In this document: piece after piece, positions 45,680 through 55,548 of the stretch
How positions within the stretch are numbered: the first letter of the stretch is position 1
Layout of the letters: every line of letters starts with the position of its first letter
Assembly (NCBI GenBank): GCA_963828735.1
Contig: CAWHFW010000004.1
Coordinates: 32,001-96,000 of the forward strand
DNA length: 64,000 nt
Reading direction: 5' to 3'
Origin: an uncultured Gemmatimonadales bacterium
GTDB lineage: Bacteria; Gemmatimonadota; Gemmatimonadetes; Gemmatimonadales; GWC2-71-9
The notes under the pieces: generated by a model
What the model saw: only the letters and a program-made list of their open reading frames with translations
Database searches by the model: none
What the model was told of the DNA's origin: nothing
Translations under genes and position numbers: made by a program

Positions 45680-46413
45680 CTCTGGCTTCCACGCTCCGCT
45701 CGCTGGACGGACGGCGCCTGCGCGACGAGGACGGCAAGGAGCATGTGCTCGAGCTCCTGCCGCCGGCCGACGAGGGCGACCTCGCGCGTCTCACCGCCGG
45801 GCTGCCCGGGAAGCTACCCGACGATGTTCGCGAGGCGCTCCTGGTATCGAAGGGACTCGCCGGGGGCCCGCTGGAATCGTTCTCGCTGCTGGACCTCGAA
45901 GGATTCGGTCTCGATGAGGTCTTCCCGCACGCCTATTCCATCGCGCACGACGGCTTCGGAAATTTCTGGGTGCTGGATCTCCTGCCGGACACTGTCTCGT
46001 GGGGACCCGTGTTCTACGCTTGTCACGACCCGCCGGTGATCGCCTGGCAGGCCGAGACCATCGAACGCTTCCTGCTGGACGTGGTCGGCATGTGGGAACC
46101 GGGCACCAGGAGCCCCGTGCGTCAAATGCACGACGAGGCCGTCCATCGCATCTGGCGTGCGGAAGCCGATCTGCGCCAGGTTAGCGACGCGATCGCGTCG
46201 AAGGATCCGGTCCTCGCCGAGTTCGCCGCGGCGCTGCCCGCGACGGCGCTGATCGCGGACTTGCGACACGCCACCGCCGGCGAGGGCTTCGCGTGGGGCC
46301 GCTTCGGCCCTCGCACCGAGATTCGCCGGGCCGGCCGTGAGCACCTGTGGGCTGTGATCCCGCCCGAGCGAAAGCCCGGACTCCTGCAGCGGCTGTTCGG
46401 AGGGGCGAGGTGA
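45676..46413 (+). CDS. SMI1/KNR4-like protein
   Basis: LPPA..L...LPDD, IAHDGFGNFW and YACHDPP patterns. Confidence 0.75.
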   Translation: MTLASTLRSLDGRRLRDEDGKEHVLELLPPADEGDLARLTAGLPGKLPDDVREALLVSKGLAGGPLESFSLLDLEGFGLDEVFPHAYSIAHDGFGNFWVLDLLPDTVSWGPVFYACHDPPVIAWQAETIERFLLDVVGMWEPGTRSPVRQMHDEAVHRIWRAEADLRQVSDAIASKDPVLAEFAAALPATALIADLRHATAGEGFAWGRFGPRTEIRRAGREHLWAVIPPERKPGLLQRLFGGAR

Positions 46414-46796
46414 CCCGGGCGACCGGACTGACGCGGCTGCGGCGGGCGTGCTTGGCGCTGCCCGAGGCCCACGAGGTCGAGGCCTGGGGAGAGCCGACCT
46501 TTCGGGTTCGCAACAAGCTGTTCGCGATGTACGCCGGCGCGGCGACCCATCATGGCAACGGTCGCGCGGCGGTGTGGTGCAAGGCCACGCCGGGGAATCA
46601 GCAGCTGATGGTGGCGGCGGTGCCGGAGCGCTTCTTCGTGCCGCCCTACGTGGGGCCCAGCGGTTGGGTAGGCGTCTGGCTCGATGCCCGCACCGATTGG
46701 ACCGAGCTGGCCGGGCTCCTGGCCGACGGGTGGCGACTCGTGGCGCCCAGGCGCCTTGCTGCCCAATTCGAGGAAGACCGAGGAGGAGCAGGATGA
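46410..46796 (+). CDS. MmcQ/YjbR family DNA-binding protein
   Basis: CLALPE, PTFRVRNKLFA, FFVPPYVGPSGW and DWTEL motifs. Confidence 0.9.
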   Translation: MTRATGLTRLRRACLALPEAHEVEAWGEPTFRVRNKLFAMYAGAATHHGNGRAAVWCKATPGNQQLMVAAVPERFFVPPYVGPSGWVGVWLDARTDWTELAGLLADGWRLVAPRRLAAQFEEDRGGAG

Positions 46797-47188
46797 GCGC
46801 ACGCGTGGTCGGCATCGGCGGCATCTTCTTCAAGGCGCGCGATCCCGAGCGCCTGCGCGCGTGGTATCGCGAGCACCTCGGCCTCGACATCGGTGAGTGG
46901 GGCGGTGTGATCTTCGACGGCCACGTCGCGAGCGCGGGAGGTCGGCGCGCCGGAACGGTGTGGAGCGTCTTTCCCGAGGACACCGAGTACTTCCGTCCGA
47001 GCACCGCCCCGTTCATGATCAATTATCGAGTGGAAAGCCTGGACGAGGTCCTTGCCGCGCTGCGCGCCGAGGGATGTGCGGTGGACGATCGGGTCGAGAG
47101 CTCGGCGTTCGGGCGGTTCGGATGGGTGTCGGATCCCGAGGGCAACCGACTCGAGCTGTGGGAGCCGCCCGTCCTCGAGGAGAAGTGA
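46793..47188 (+). CDS. VOC family protein
   Basis: GIGGIFFKARDP, MINYRV and DPEGNRLELWEP motifs. Confidence 0.9.
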   Translation: MSARVVGIGGIFFKARDPERLRAWYREHLGLDIGEWGGVIFDGHVASAGGRRAGTVWSVFPEDTEYFRPSTAPFMINYRVESLDEVLAALRAEGCAVDDRVESSAFGRFGWVSDPEGNRLELWEPPVLEEK

Positions 47189-47244
47189 ACGGCGGCCCGT
47201 TCCGCGACCTCGTCGGGGCGATCATCGATCGGGAGGCTTACCGA

Positions 47245-47820
47245 ATGGTCCGCGTGAACCGCGCAGTCGCGATGGCCGCTGGTCTGCTGCTCGCCACTGC
47301 GTGCGGCGGCGAGCACCGTCCCGCCCCGGTTGGCGGCGACTCGACGCCGTCCTCGACGCCGTCCGCCGCGCCCTCTCCGTCAGCCTCGTCCCCGCGGGCT
47401 CCGTTGCGAGACCCAGTCCAGCTCTCGGTGACGGCAGCGGCCGGCGGGAAGACTGCCTCCTTCAGCGGACTCGGCGAGTGCCATCACACGACCGATGCAT
47501 CCATCTACGACGTTCCTGCGAACATGTGGAGCTCCGCGATCGATACGGAGGGTGGAGATCTGCGGTACCTGAACCTCACGCTGTGGCAGCCCAAGGCGGG
47601 AGGGGACGTCCAGGTCTCCCTCGGTGTTACTCTGGGAGAGACGACGCATCAGATCGCGACCGTCAAGGGCGCCGACATCCGCGGCTCCGGCGCGGGTCGC
47701 GTGGCGCCGAAAGGGCAGGGCGGGACCCTCACGGTCGAGGGCTCGGACGCCGAGGGGCGGCCGGTGCGCGTCGTCGTCGATTGTACCACCTTCACCGAGC
47801 CGGTGGCCGAGGGCGGGTGA
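47245..47820 (+). CDS. Hypothetical lipoprotein
   Basis: SD GGGAGG; LLATAC lipobox; Ser/Pro linker followed by a beta-rich domain. Confidence 0.7.
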   Translation: MVRVNRAVAMAAGLLLATACGGEHRPAPVGGDSTPSSTPSAAPSPSASSPRAPLRDPVQLSVTAAAGGKTASFSGLGECHHTTDASIYDVPANMWSSAIDTEGGDLRYLNLTLWQPKAGGDVQVSLGVTLGETTHQIATVKGADIRGSGAGRVAPKGQGGTLTVEGSDAEGRPVRVVVDCTTFTEPVAEGG

Positions 47821-48401
47821 TCGCGGGCGAGACGGTCCACCCGAAGACCCGCACCGCCTGGCGCCGCTGGCTCGAGCGGCACCATGCGCGGGCCGACGGA
47901 GTGTGGCTCGTGAGCTACAAGAAGGCCACCGGCAAGCCGCGGGTGGATTACGAAGCGGCCGTCGAGGAGGCGCTCTGCTTCGGTTGGGTGGACAGCAAGC
48001 CGCGCAAGCTCGACGACGAGCGAACGATGTTGTACTTCACTCCGCGGAAGCCGCGTAGCGGGTGGGCGGGGTCCAACAAGGCGCGGGTCGCGCGGCTGGT
48101 TGCCGAGGGCCGCATGGCCCCCGCGGGCCTGGCGAAGGTCGAGGCCGCCCGCCACGACGGCTCGTGGACCGCGCTGGACGCGGTCGAGGCGCTCGACGTG
48201 CCACCCGATCTGCGGCGGGCGCTCGACGGCCGGGCACGGGCTGCGTCCCGTTTCGATGCGTTCCCTCCGTCGGTGCGTCGGAGCATTCTGCAGTGGATCG
48301 CGAGCGCGAAGAAACCCGAGACGCGCGCGAACCGGATCGACGAGACCGCCCGCCTTGCGGCCCGAAACGTTCGCGCCAACCAGTGGCAGCCTTCACCTTG
48401 A
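47817..48401 (+). CDS. YdeI/OmpD-associated family protein
   Basis: WRRWLE.HH, EEALCFGWVDS, FTPRK..W..SNK and AKKPETR motifs. Confidence 0.9.
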   Translation: MIAGETVHPKTRTAWRRWLERHHARADGVWLVSYKKATGKPRVDYEAAVEEALCFGWVDSKPRKLDDERTMLYFTPRKPRSGWAGSNKARVARLVAEGRMAPAGLAKVEAARHDGSWTALDAVEALDVPPDLRRALDGRARAASRFDAFPPSVRRSILQWIASAKKPETRANRIDETARLAARNVRANQWQPSP

Positions 48402-48420
48402 CCGGAGTTCCGAGGCGAGC

Positions 48421-48732
48421 ATGACCCTTCCAGATCCCACTCCCGGGCCGATGCCTGTCGCTGTGCCCGGCGATCCGTTCACCCGCCTCGCCCGACTGAA
48501 GCCCGAGTTCGCCGACCAGTACCCTGGACTCGACCCCGGGGCCTGGTATCCTGCCGCGAGCGTTGCGGCCTACTACCAGTCGTGGCTCGTCCGCCATCCG
48601 GATCGTACTCGGATCGGCGCGCCGCTCCGCGGACTGGACACGGCGCACTTCGATTTCCGGGGCGGCGTGCCGCGGGACGACCCCTGGGTCCCCGGCCGCT
48701 CGCCGGACGATCGGCGCCAGGCGGAGTCCTGA
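48421..48732 (+). CDS. Hypothetical protein
   Basis: SD GAGG; ARLKPEFADQYP..W..HFDFRGG. Confidence 0.7.
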   Translation: MTLPDPTPGPMPVAVPGDPFTRLARLKPEFADQYPGLDPGAWYPAASVAAYYQSWLVRHPDRTRIGAPLRGLDTAHFDFRGGVPRDDPWVPGRSPDDRRQAES

Positions 48733-48744
48733 CCGGAGACGCTG

Positions 48745-49122
48745 ATGACGGAAGCCGAAGCGCAGGACTTCGCGCACGAGTGGATTGCGGCCTGGAACAG
48801 CCACGACCTCGAACGGATACTCGGACACTATGCGGATGACGTCGAGGTGACGTCGCCGATGGTCGAGGCTGTGCTCGGACCGGGGAAGACGACCGTTCGG
48901 GGGAAGGCGGCGCTGCGCGGCTACTGGGGCAAGGCACTCGAGCGATACCCCGACCTCCGCTTCGTGCTCTACCGCGCGTACGCCGGCTTGCAGAGCGTGG
49001 TCCTTCACTACCAGAGCGTCCAGGCGCTGGTCGGCGCCGAATGTATGGAGCTCGATGCCGACGGACGCGTGCGGCGCGTCCTCGCGCACTATGCCCTTGG
49101 CCCCGATCCCGCCGCGGCCTGA
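48745..49122 (+). CDS. SnoaL-like/NTF2 family protein
   Basis: WIAAWNSHDLERILGHY, GKAALRGYW and PDLRF motifs. Confidence 0.9.
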   Translation: MTEAEAQDFAHEWIAAWNSHDLERILGHYADDVEVTSPMVEAVLGPGKTTVRGKAALRGYWGKALERYPDLRFVLYRAYAGLQSVVLHYQSVQALVGAECMELDADGRVRRVLAHYALGPDPAAA

Positions 49123-49786
49123 GCTCGTCGTCCTCGATTTGGCCGGCACCACCGTGCACGACCGGGGCGAGGTGCCGGCCGCATTCGAGGGTGCCCTGCG
49201 CGAGGCCGGCGTGGCCTACGACGCCCGCGAGGTGAGCGGCTGGAGGGGCGCGTCAAAGCGGGAAGTGGTCAGCCGGCTGCTCTCGCGTGAGGGCCGCGCG
49301 GATGCGGTCCAGGTGGATCGCGTCTACGGCCGGTTCCGCACGCTCCTGCTGGAGCGGCTGACCGGTGCGGCCCCACTCTCGCTGCCCGGCGTCCACGCGA
49401 CGCTCGACAGTCTCAAGGCCGACGGCTTCCGCCTCGCGGTCATCACTGGGTTCGATCGAGACGTCGTGGAGGCGATCCGTGCCCGGGTCAGCTGGGCGGC
49501 CCTGCTCGATGCCTGGGTATGCGGGGACGACGTGACCCGCGGACGCCCGGCGCCGTTCATGATCTTTCGGGCCATGGAGCGCTGCGGCGTGGAAGACGTC
49601 CGTCGAGTGGCCGTGGTTGGTGATACCCGCCTCGATCTCCAAGCGGCCTGGAACGCGGGCGCGACGTGGCGCATCGCCGTGCTGACCGGCGCGCACGACC
49701 GCGCCACCCTCGCGGGAGCGCCGCACACTCACGTCCTCGACGCGGTCACGGCGCTGCCCGGGCTCTGGGCTCAGGTCGAGGTGTGA
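49091..49786 (+). CDS. HAD hydrolase (phosphonatase-like)
   Basis: DLAGTTV, ITG, GRPAPFMI and VGDT..D motifs. Confidence 0.85.
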   Translation: MPLAPIPPRPELVVLDLAGTTVHDRGEVPAAFEGALREAGVAYDAREVSGWRGASKREVVSRLLSREGRADAVQVDRVYGRFRTLLLERLTGAAPLSLPGVHATLDSLKADGFRLAVITGFDRDVVEAIRARVSWAALLDAWVCGDDVTRGRPAPFMIFRAMERCGVEDVRRVAVVGDTRLDLQAAWNAGATWRIAVLTGAHDRATLAGAPHTHVLDAVTALPGLWAQVEV

Positions 49787-50277
49787 ACGGAAACGGTCGG
49801 CGGCGTGCGAAGCGTCTGCAACACCACGCAGTAACGCTCGGTGAGCTTCTCAAGCGTGGCCAGCTGCTCGGCGCTGGCCTCCGTTTCGAGCGCGAAGCGC
49901 AGTCGGATGGCGCGGAATCCCACCGGTGCGTCCTTGCTCACGCCCAGCGTCCCCCGGAAATCGAGATCGCCCTCCGCGCGCACCTCGCCGCCCCGCACCG
50001 GGATGGCCAGCGCCGTAGCGACGGCTCGGAGCGTCACGCCCGCGCACGCGACCAGCGCCTGCAGCAACAGGTCGCCGGAACAGGCCTGGAGTCCGCTGCC
50101 GCCGGTCGCCGGATGGAGACCCGCCTCGACGAGGGCGCGACCGGTGTCCACGTGGCAGCTGATCGCGTGCTGGTCGAGGGCCCCCGACGCCTTGAGGGTG
50201 ACCATCGCGCGGTCGGGCGAGGTACGGTAGGCTTCTTTCAGCGGGGCTTGCAGGGCTTTCAGCTCATCGGACTGCAC
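49771..50277 (-). CDS. OsmC family protein
   Basis: QAPLK, AGLHPATGG, CSGD..LVACAG, DFRGTLG and TERYCVV motifs. Confidence 0.9.
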   Translation of the reverse strand: MQSDELKALQAPLKEAYRTSPDRAMVTLKASGALDQHAISCHVDTGRALVEAGLHPATGGSGLQACSGDLLLQALVACAGVTLRAVATALAIPVRGGEVRAEGDLDFRGTLGVSKDAPVGFRAIRLRFALETEASAEQLATLEKLTERYCVVLQTLRTPPTVSVHTST

Positions 50278-50349
50278 GTCGTACTCCGTCGGCGGGTGGA
50301 CCCGAAGGCTAGACCTGCCCGCGACAAACGCCAAGACCGCGGAGGACGC

Positions 50350-50889
50350 ATGCAATTCGTTCTGGCGGAAGCGCTCGCGGTCCTCGAGCGCACGCCCAAG
50401 GTGCTGCGGGAGCTCCTCGCCGGGCTTCCCGAGCCGTGGATCCACGCCACGGAGGGGCCGGGCACGTGGTCGCCGTTCGACGTCGTCGGTCACCTGATCC
50501 ACGGCGAGCTGACCGACTGGATCCCACGCACCGAGATCATCCTTGCCGACGGGGAGACCCGTCCCTTTCCGCCGTTCGACCGCTTCGCCCAGTTCGAAGC
50601 CTCGCGCGGCAAGGCGCTTTCCGAGCTGCTCGAGACCTTCGCCGGGCTCCGCGCGGCGAGCCTCGCGCGGCTGCGGGCGCTCCGCCTGACGTCGTCGGAC
50701 CTGGCCCGTCGTGGCCGCCACCCGGAGCTCGGAGCAGTCACGCTCGAACAGCTTCTCGCTACCTGGGTGGCCCACGATCTCAGTCATCTGGGACAGGTGG
50801 CGCGCGTCATGGGAAAGGCGTACTCGGCCGAGGTCGGGCCCTGGGCGGCCTTCCTCCCGATGCTCGGTGTCGGAGTGGCGCCATCCTGA
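50350..50889 (+). CDS. DinB family protein
   Basis: WSPFDVVGHL, FDRFAQF and WVAHDLSH motifs; SD GGAGG. Confidence 0.9.
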   Translation: MQFVLAEALAVLERTPKVLRELLAGLPEPWIHATEGPGTWSPFDVVGHLIHGELTDWIPRTEIILADGETRPFPPFDRFAQFEASRGKALSELLETFAGLRAASLARLRALRLTSSDLARRGRHPELGAVTLEQLLATWVAHDLSHLGQVARVMGKAYSAEVGPWAAFLPMLGVGVAPS

Positions 50890-50905
50890 GCGGGGAGGCC
50901 GCCTG

Positions 50906-51127
50906 CTGGCGTGGCTCCGGTACGGCGTGGCGCTGGTGGCCGGGTTCATCGCCGGGAGCCGGACGGTCGGAGCCTTCGTGGCGTGGCGAGAGTGGCAGAA
51001 GTGGAAGCTGGTGGATCCGTCGGGGGCGGCGTCATATCGAGCCGCGTGCCGCCTCGATGCCGGCGTTGCGATCATCAGTCTGACGATCGCGTGCCTCGTC
51101 TGGTGGCTCCTGCGTCCGCGACCCTGA
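50906..51127 (+). CDS. Small membrane protein
   Basis: Two hydrophobic segments; start unclear (CTG 50906 after GGAGG, or a nearby GTG). Confidence 0.5.
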   Translation: MAWLRYGVALVAGFIAGSRTVGAFVAWREWQKWKLVDPSGAASYRAACRLDAGVAIISLTIACLVWWLLRPRP

Positions 51128-51186
51128 GCCGGACTTCCGTCGTCTCTGAGGACCGGCGCCCGTTCACCTGTGTAGAGGAGACGACC

Positions 51187-51675
51187 ATGCGCTACCTGGT
51201 GCTGGGATTGGCTGCCATCGGACTGTGGCGCTCGGTCGGCTCGAATCCCGGCCGGTCCGCGCCGGATGTCACTCCCCGAGCGGCACAGCTCGGCTGGCTG
51301 GCCGGCTGCTGGGAGCGACTGTCTGGGCCACGACTCGTCGAAGAACAGTGGACCCGGCCGCGCGGTGGGCTCATGCTGGGTGTCGGCCGGACGGTCCAGG
51401 GGGACTCGCTCGTGGAGTACGAGCAGGTGCGCGTGTTCGAGCGCGGGGGCAAGCTCGTCTACGCCGCCCAGCCGTCCGGACAAGCGCCGGCGGAGTTCAC
51501 GAGCACCGCGGTCTCCGACTCCTCGGTCGTCTTCGAGAACCTGGGCCACGATTTTCCCCAGCGGGTCATGTATCGGCGACTCGGCGCCGACTCGCTCCTC
51601 GCGCGAATCGAGGGCCTGCGGAATGGCCAGCTGCGCGGCGTGGACTTCCCGTACGTCCGCGTCGCGTGCCCGTGA
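51187..51675 (+). CDS. DUF6265-like secreted protein
   Basis: LGWLAGCW, EEQW, Y.AQP.GQ and FENLGHDFPQR motifs. Confidence 0.85.
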   Translation: MRYLVLGLAAIGLWRSVGSNPGRSAPDVTPRAAQLGWLAGCWERLSGPRLVEEQWTRPRGGLMLGVGRTVQGDSLVEYEQVRVFERGGKLVYAAQPSGQAPAEFTSTAVSDSSVVFENLGHDFPQRVMYRRLGADSLLARIEGLRNGQLRGVDFPYVRVACP

Positions 51676-51704
51676 CCCGGTCATTCTCACGGAAGGAGCT
51701 CCCG

Positions 51705-52088
51705 ATGACGCAGCCGCTGCCGACGCAGGTCGCGATCGACGTGCTCGGCCAGTTCGGGCGGGTCACCGACTACTGGTCGCCCAAGGTGGTCGCACAGGTC
51801 AACGATCAATACGTGAAGGTCGCCCGGCTGCTCGGCGAGATGGACTGGCACGCCCACGCCGGGGAGGATGAGCTCTTCTGGGTCCTGCGGGGCCGGCTGC
51901 GGCTCGAGTTCCGCGACCGGGTCACCGAGCTCTCGGCGGGCGAGTGCTGCGTGGTGCCGCGCGGCGTCGAGCACCATCCGGTCGCGGCGGAGGAGTGCTG
52001 GATCGTCCTCATCGAGACGGTGACGACACGCCACACCGGCGACCGGGTCACCGCGCAGACCCGCTCGATCGAAGAGCAGCTCGCCTAG
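51705..52088 (+). CDS. Cupin domain protein
   Basis: YWSPKVV, WHAH..EDELF and VVPRGVEH motifs. Confidence 0.9.
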   Translation: MTQPLPTQVAIDVLGQFGRVTDYWSPKVVAQVNDQYVKVARLLGEMDWHAHAGEDELFWVLRGRLRLEFRDRVTELSAGECCVVPRGVEHHPVAAEECWIVLIETVTTRHTGDRVTAQTRSIEEQLA

Positions 52089-52180
52089 GACGGAGGCCAG
52101 CCCGTGCGGACGGGGGGTGGTTCACGACGGTCTGGGTGCGGACGCCCGCGGGACGGCGTATGATCCACGATCACTCCTGA
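52089..52180 (+). pseudogene. C-terminal remnant of an NTF2-like (DUF4440) gene
   Basis: GWFTTVWVRTPAGRRMIHDHS* with no start of its own. Confidence 0.55.
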
Positions 52181-52196
52181 CGGAGGCCGATCGCCG

Positions 52197-52943
52197 GTGC
52201 TGCTCGAGGTCGCGGTGAACGGCGCTCGCGCGCCTGGCGAGCACCCGGCCCTGCCCATGACCCCCGACGCCCTCGCGGAGGCGATCCGCGCGGCGCGTGG
52301 CGCCGGGGCGGGGGCGGCACACCTGCATGTGCGCGGGGCCGACGGTCGCGAGAGCCTCGCCGGCCGCGACGTCGCCGCGACGCTCGAGAGCGTGCGCGCG
52401 GCCTGTGGCTCGCTCCCGCTCGGCGTCAGCACCGGCGCCTGGATCGTTCCGGACCCGGCCGAGCGCGTCGCGGCCGTGCGAGCATGGCGGACCCGGCCGG
52501 ACTTCGCCTCCGTCAACTTCGATGAGGCCGGCGCCGAGGACGTGGCGCGGGCCCTGCTGTCGGCCGGCGTCGGCGTCGAGGCGGGACTCTCCGGCGCGGC
52601 TGCGGCCCTGCGCCTCGTCGCCAGCGGCCTCGCGACGGGCTGCCTCCGCGTGCTGCTCGAGCCGCAGGAGTGCCGTCTCACCGCCGCCCGCGAGTGCGTC
52701 GCGGCCGCCGAAGCGGTGCTCGATGCCGTGGGGATCACGCTGCCACGACTCCTGCACGGCGTCGGACCGACGACCTGGCCCCTCTTCGCGGAGGCGGTGG
52801 CCCGCGGTTATGACGGGCGCATCGGCCTGGAGGATACGCTCAGCCTGCCCGATGGCCTCCCGGCGCGCGACAACGCCGATCTGGTGGCGGCCGCTCGCGC
52901 GCTTGCGGAACACTCCTCCGGTGGCGCGGCGGTTCGTCGGTGA
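52197..52943 (+). CDS. 3-keto-5-aminohexanoate cleavage enzyme family (BKACE/DUF849)
   Basis: AVNGAR, HPALP, HLHVR, STG, ASVN and RIGLEDT motifs. Confidence 0.9.
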   Translation: MLLEVAVNGARAPGEHPALPMTPDALAEAIRAARGAGAGAAHLHVRGADGRESLAGRDVAATLESVRAACGSLPLGVSTGAWIVPDPAERVAAVRAWRTRPDFASVNFDEAGAEDVARALLSAGVGVEAGLSGAAAALRLVASGLATGCLRVLLEPQECRLTAARECVAAAEAVLDAVGITLPRLLHGVGPTTWPLFAEAVARGYDGRIGLEDTLSLPDGLPARDNADLVAAARALAEHSSGGAAVRR

Positions 52944-53401
52944 CGGGACCGGCCTCGTGGCACGCGCTCCTCGCGCCGCTGCCACCGGAGGCGATGCCTC
53001 GGCGCAAGCCGGTGGGGACGACGGACGTGCTCGCCTCGCCCGAAGGCGCGGCGATAGCGGGCTGGGAACAGCTCTCCCTCGAGCTCACTGCGGGCGGCGC
53101 CGGACTCCGCGTCTTGCTCGTGGTGCTCGACGCGTCCGCGCGGCCGATCGCCGCCTCTGATCACGTGCTGTTCCGTACACCCGCCGGCGAGTCCTCCGGC
53201 GCGAGCTGGATTCGCCAGGAGAGTATCGGCGGCCGTCTGGAGGCCGACGGGTCGTTCAACGGCACCTGCTGGCTCGTGGCCGGCCCCGAGCCCGCCGATG
53301 ATGAGCCGCCTCAGTGGCAGAGCACCCCGCGATCGCCGACCGAGGCCGAGATCGGGGCGCTGCGCGAACTCGTCGCGGACCTCCTCGCGCGATCCCCATG
53401 A
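52940..53401 (+). CDS. Hypothetical protein
   Basis: GTGA overlap with the upstream gene; GC-typical codon usage. Confidence 0.65.
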   Translation: MTGPASWHALLAPLPPEAMPRRKPVGTTDVLASPEGAAIAGWEQLSLELTAGGAGLRVLLVVLDASARPIAASDHVLFRTPAGESSGASWIRQESIGGRLEADGSFNGTCWLVAGPEPADDEPPQWQSTPRSPTEAEIGALRELVADLLARSP

Positions 53402-53426
53402 TCTCCGCCATACTTCGTGAGACGGC

Positions 53427-53897
53427 ATGACCTCGCCCGAGCGCGCGCCGGTCCGGATCTATACCAAGCGGTTCATCGTCCCGCCCGAGGCGATGGACGG
53501 TCAGGGCCACGTCAACAACCTGGCCTACGTGGCCTGGATGCAGGACGTCGCGATCGAGCACTCCACAGCCGCCGGCTGGCCAATGGAGCGCTATCGGACC
53601 CTCGGCGCCGGCTGGGTGGTGCGATCGCATTTCGTGGAGTACCTGCGCCCGGTCGTGGCCGGGGAGCGGATGGCGATTCACACCTGGGTGCCCGAGTTCA
53701 CCCAGCGCTCGACGCCCCGCCGGTACTTCTTCGTCCGGGAGGACGATACGCAGCTCGTGGCGCGCGCCGAGACGCGCTGGGTATTCGTGGACCTGGGCAC
53801 CGGCCGGCGACGCCCGCTGCCCGACGAGCTGATCGCGGCCTTCGAGATCGTGCCCGACGAGGCGGAAGTGCGGCGGGGTGTGGGCCTCGAGTCTTAG
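53427..53897 (+). CDS. Acyl-CoA thioesterase (4HBT-like)
   Basis: DGQGHVNNLAY, WVVRSH..EYLRP and T.WVFVD motifs. Confidence 0.9.
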   Translation: MTSPERAPVRIYTKRFIVPPEAMDGQGHVNNLAYVAWMQDVAIEHSTAAGWPMERYRTLGAGWVVRSHFVEYLRPVVAGERMAIHTWVPEFTQRSTPRRYFFVREDDTQLVARAETRWVFVDLGTGRRRPLPDELIAAFEIVPDEAEVRRGVGLES

Positions 53898-54320
53898 ATG
53901 GTGGACGGGGGAAGCAGCATGGCTTTCACGATTACGAGCCTGCGCGGGACGACGATCCTGGTGGTGAGGAGCGAGGGCAAGGGTCACGTTGGCGAGAGCG
54001 AGCAGATCCTCGACGAGCTGCGTCGCCTCACCAGCCCGGAGGACGGCGCGGGCGTACTGTTTGACAACCGCGCCCTGGAGTATCTGCCGTCGCCCGCGGA
54101 GGCCCGGTACATCGGCGAGCGCTACGGCGATGTCGGCGCTGCCTGGGGCTGGCGGATGGCGCACCTGGCGCCTCCGGGCGCCCAGTTCGGCATCGCTCGT
54201 ACGGTCGAGATCGTCTCCGGACTTCGCGGCGCCTCCGCGCGCGTGTTCTCGGACGAGACCGAGGCCATCGCGTGGCTGCGCGAGGGCGAGCGGGGCGCGG
54301 CCGAGCGCAAGTCGTCGTAG
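53898..54320 (+). CDS. Hypothetical STAS/SpoIIAA-like protein
   Basis: VLFD.R, FGIAR and VFSDETEAIAWL patterns. Confidence 0.65.
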   Translation: MVDGGSSMAFTITSLRGTTILVVRSEGKGHVGESEQILDELRRLTSPEDGAGVLFDNRALEYLPSPAEARYIGERYGDVGAAWGWRMAHLAPPGAQFGIARTVEIVSGLRGASARVFSDETEAIAWLREGERGAAERKSS

Positions 54321-54322
54321 CG

Positions 54323-54934
54323 ATGGACCTCACCCCCCGGCCGATCGAGGGACCCACCGTCCGGCTCGAGCCCCTCGGCCTCGAGCATCTCGACGGCCTG
54401 TGCGACGTGGGTCTCGATCCGGACCTCTGGCGTCTCACCGTCACCCGAATCCACGATCGCGCCGGCATGGAGCGCTACGTCCATACGGCGCTCGAGGAGC
54501 AACAGGCCGGCACGGCGCTCCCGTTCGCCACCGTGCTGCGCGATACCGGCCGCGTCATCGGAAGCACCCGCTTCGGTAACCTGAGCCCGCCGAACCGGCG
54601 GGTCGAGATCGGCTGGACCTGGCTCGGGCGACCGTGGCAGCGCACCGGCGCCAACACCGAGGCGAAGTACCTCATGCTGCGGCATGCGTTCGAGCGGTGG
54701 AACTGCATCCGGGTGGAGTTCAAGACCAGCGCGTTGAACCTGCGCTCGCGAGCCGCCATCCTCAGGATCGGCGCGCGCGAGGAGGGAATCCTTCGGCACC
54801 ACCTGATCAACGAGGACGGCTCTCTTCGCGACTCCGTGTACTTCTCGATGCTCGCCGCGGAATGGCCCGCGGCCCGGCGCCGGCTTGAGCGGATGCTCGC
54901 GGACCACGGCGTGCAGGTCGTCGAGCCGGCGTGA
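54323..54934 (+). CDS. GNAT acetyltransferase (RimJ/RimL type)
   Basis: [22 protein letters not shown] and EGILR motifs. Confidence 0.9.
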   Translation: MDLTPRPIEGPTVRLEPLGLEHLDGLCDVGLDPDLWRLTVTRIHDRAGMERYVHTALEEQQAGTALPFATVLRDTGRVIGSTRFGNLSPPNRRVEIGWTWLGRPWQRTGANTEAKYLMLRHAFERWNCIRVEFKTSALNLRSRAAILRIGAREEGILRHHLINEDGSLRDSVYFSMLAAEWPAARRRLERMLADHGVQVVEPA

Positions 54935-55521
54935 GGACGTTGCGCCGGGTCTGCGTCTTCTGCGGCTCCAACGTGGGCCGTGACCCGGGGTACCGGCGCC
55001 TGACCGAGAGCCTCGGGCGCACGCTAGCCAGGCGCGGCGTCGGGCTCGTCTTCGGTGGCGGCCGGGTCGGACTCATGGGCGCCCTGGCCGACGCGGCGCT
55101 CGCCGCCGGGGGAGAGGTCATCGGCGTTCTCCCGAAGGCGCTGATGGAGCGGGAGATCGGCCACCGCGGGCTGACCGAGCTCCGCATCGTGGGCTCCATG
55201 CACGAGCGCAAGGCCCTCATGGCCGACCTCGCCGACGGATTCGTCGCGCTCCCCGGCGGGATCGGCACGCTGGAGGAGCTGTTCGAGGTGTGGACCTGGG
55301 CCCAGCTCGGCCTGCACGCCAAGCCGTGCGGCCTGCTCGACACCGATGGGTTCTTCGCCCCGCTGGTCGGTTTCCTGGATCACCTCGTGAGCACGGGGTT
55401 CGTGCAGCCCGCGCACCGGACGATGCTGCTGACCGCCGGCTCTCCGGAAGCGCTGCTGGACGCCTTCGCCGTCTACGAGGCTCCGCTGGTGGCGAAATGG
55501 GTGAACCCCTCGCAGGCATGA
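54931..55521 (+). CDS. LOG family phosphoribohydrolase (TIGR00730-like)
   Basis: VCVFCGS, GGG.VGLMG, MHERK and PGGIGTLEE motifs. Confidence 0.93.
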   Translation: MRTLRRVCVFCGSNVGRDPGYRRLTESLGRTLARRGVGLVFGGGRVGLMGALADAALAAGGEVIGVLPKALMEREIGHRGLTELRIVGSMHERKALMADLADGFVALPGGIGTLEELFEVWTWAQLGLHAKPCGLLDTDGFFAPLVGFLDHLVSTGFVQPAHRTMLLTAGSPEALLDAFAVYEAPLVAKWVNPSQA

Positions 55522-55548
55522 GGGACCGTGTTTGGGAGGAGCACCGCG

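Noticed and set aside
49771..51690. 639-aa minus-strand ORF
   Set aside because: Only the last 168 aa (OsmC) is recognisable; the rest is antisense to the DinB, membrane and DUF6265 genes.
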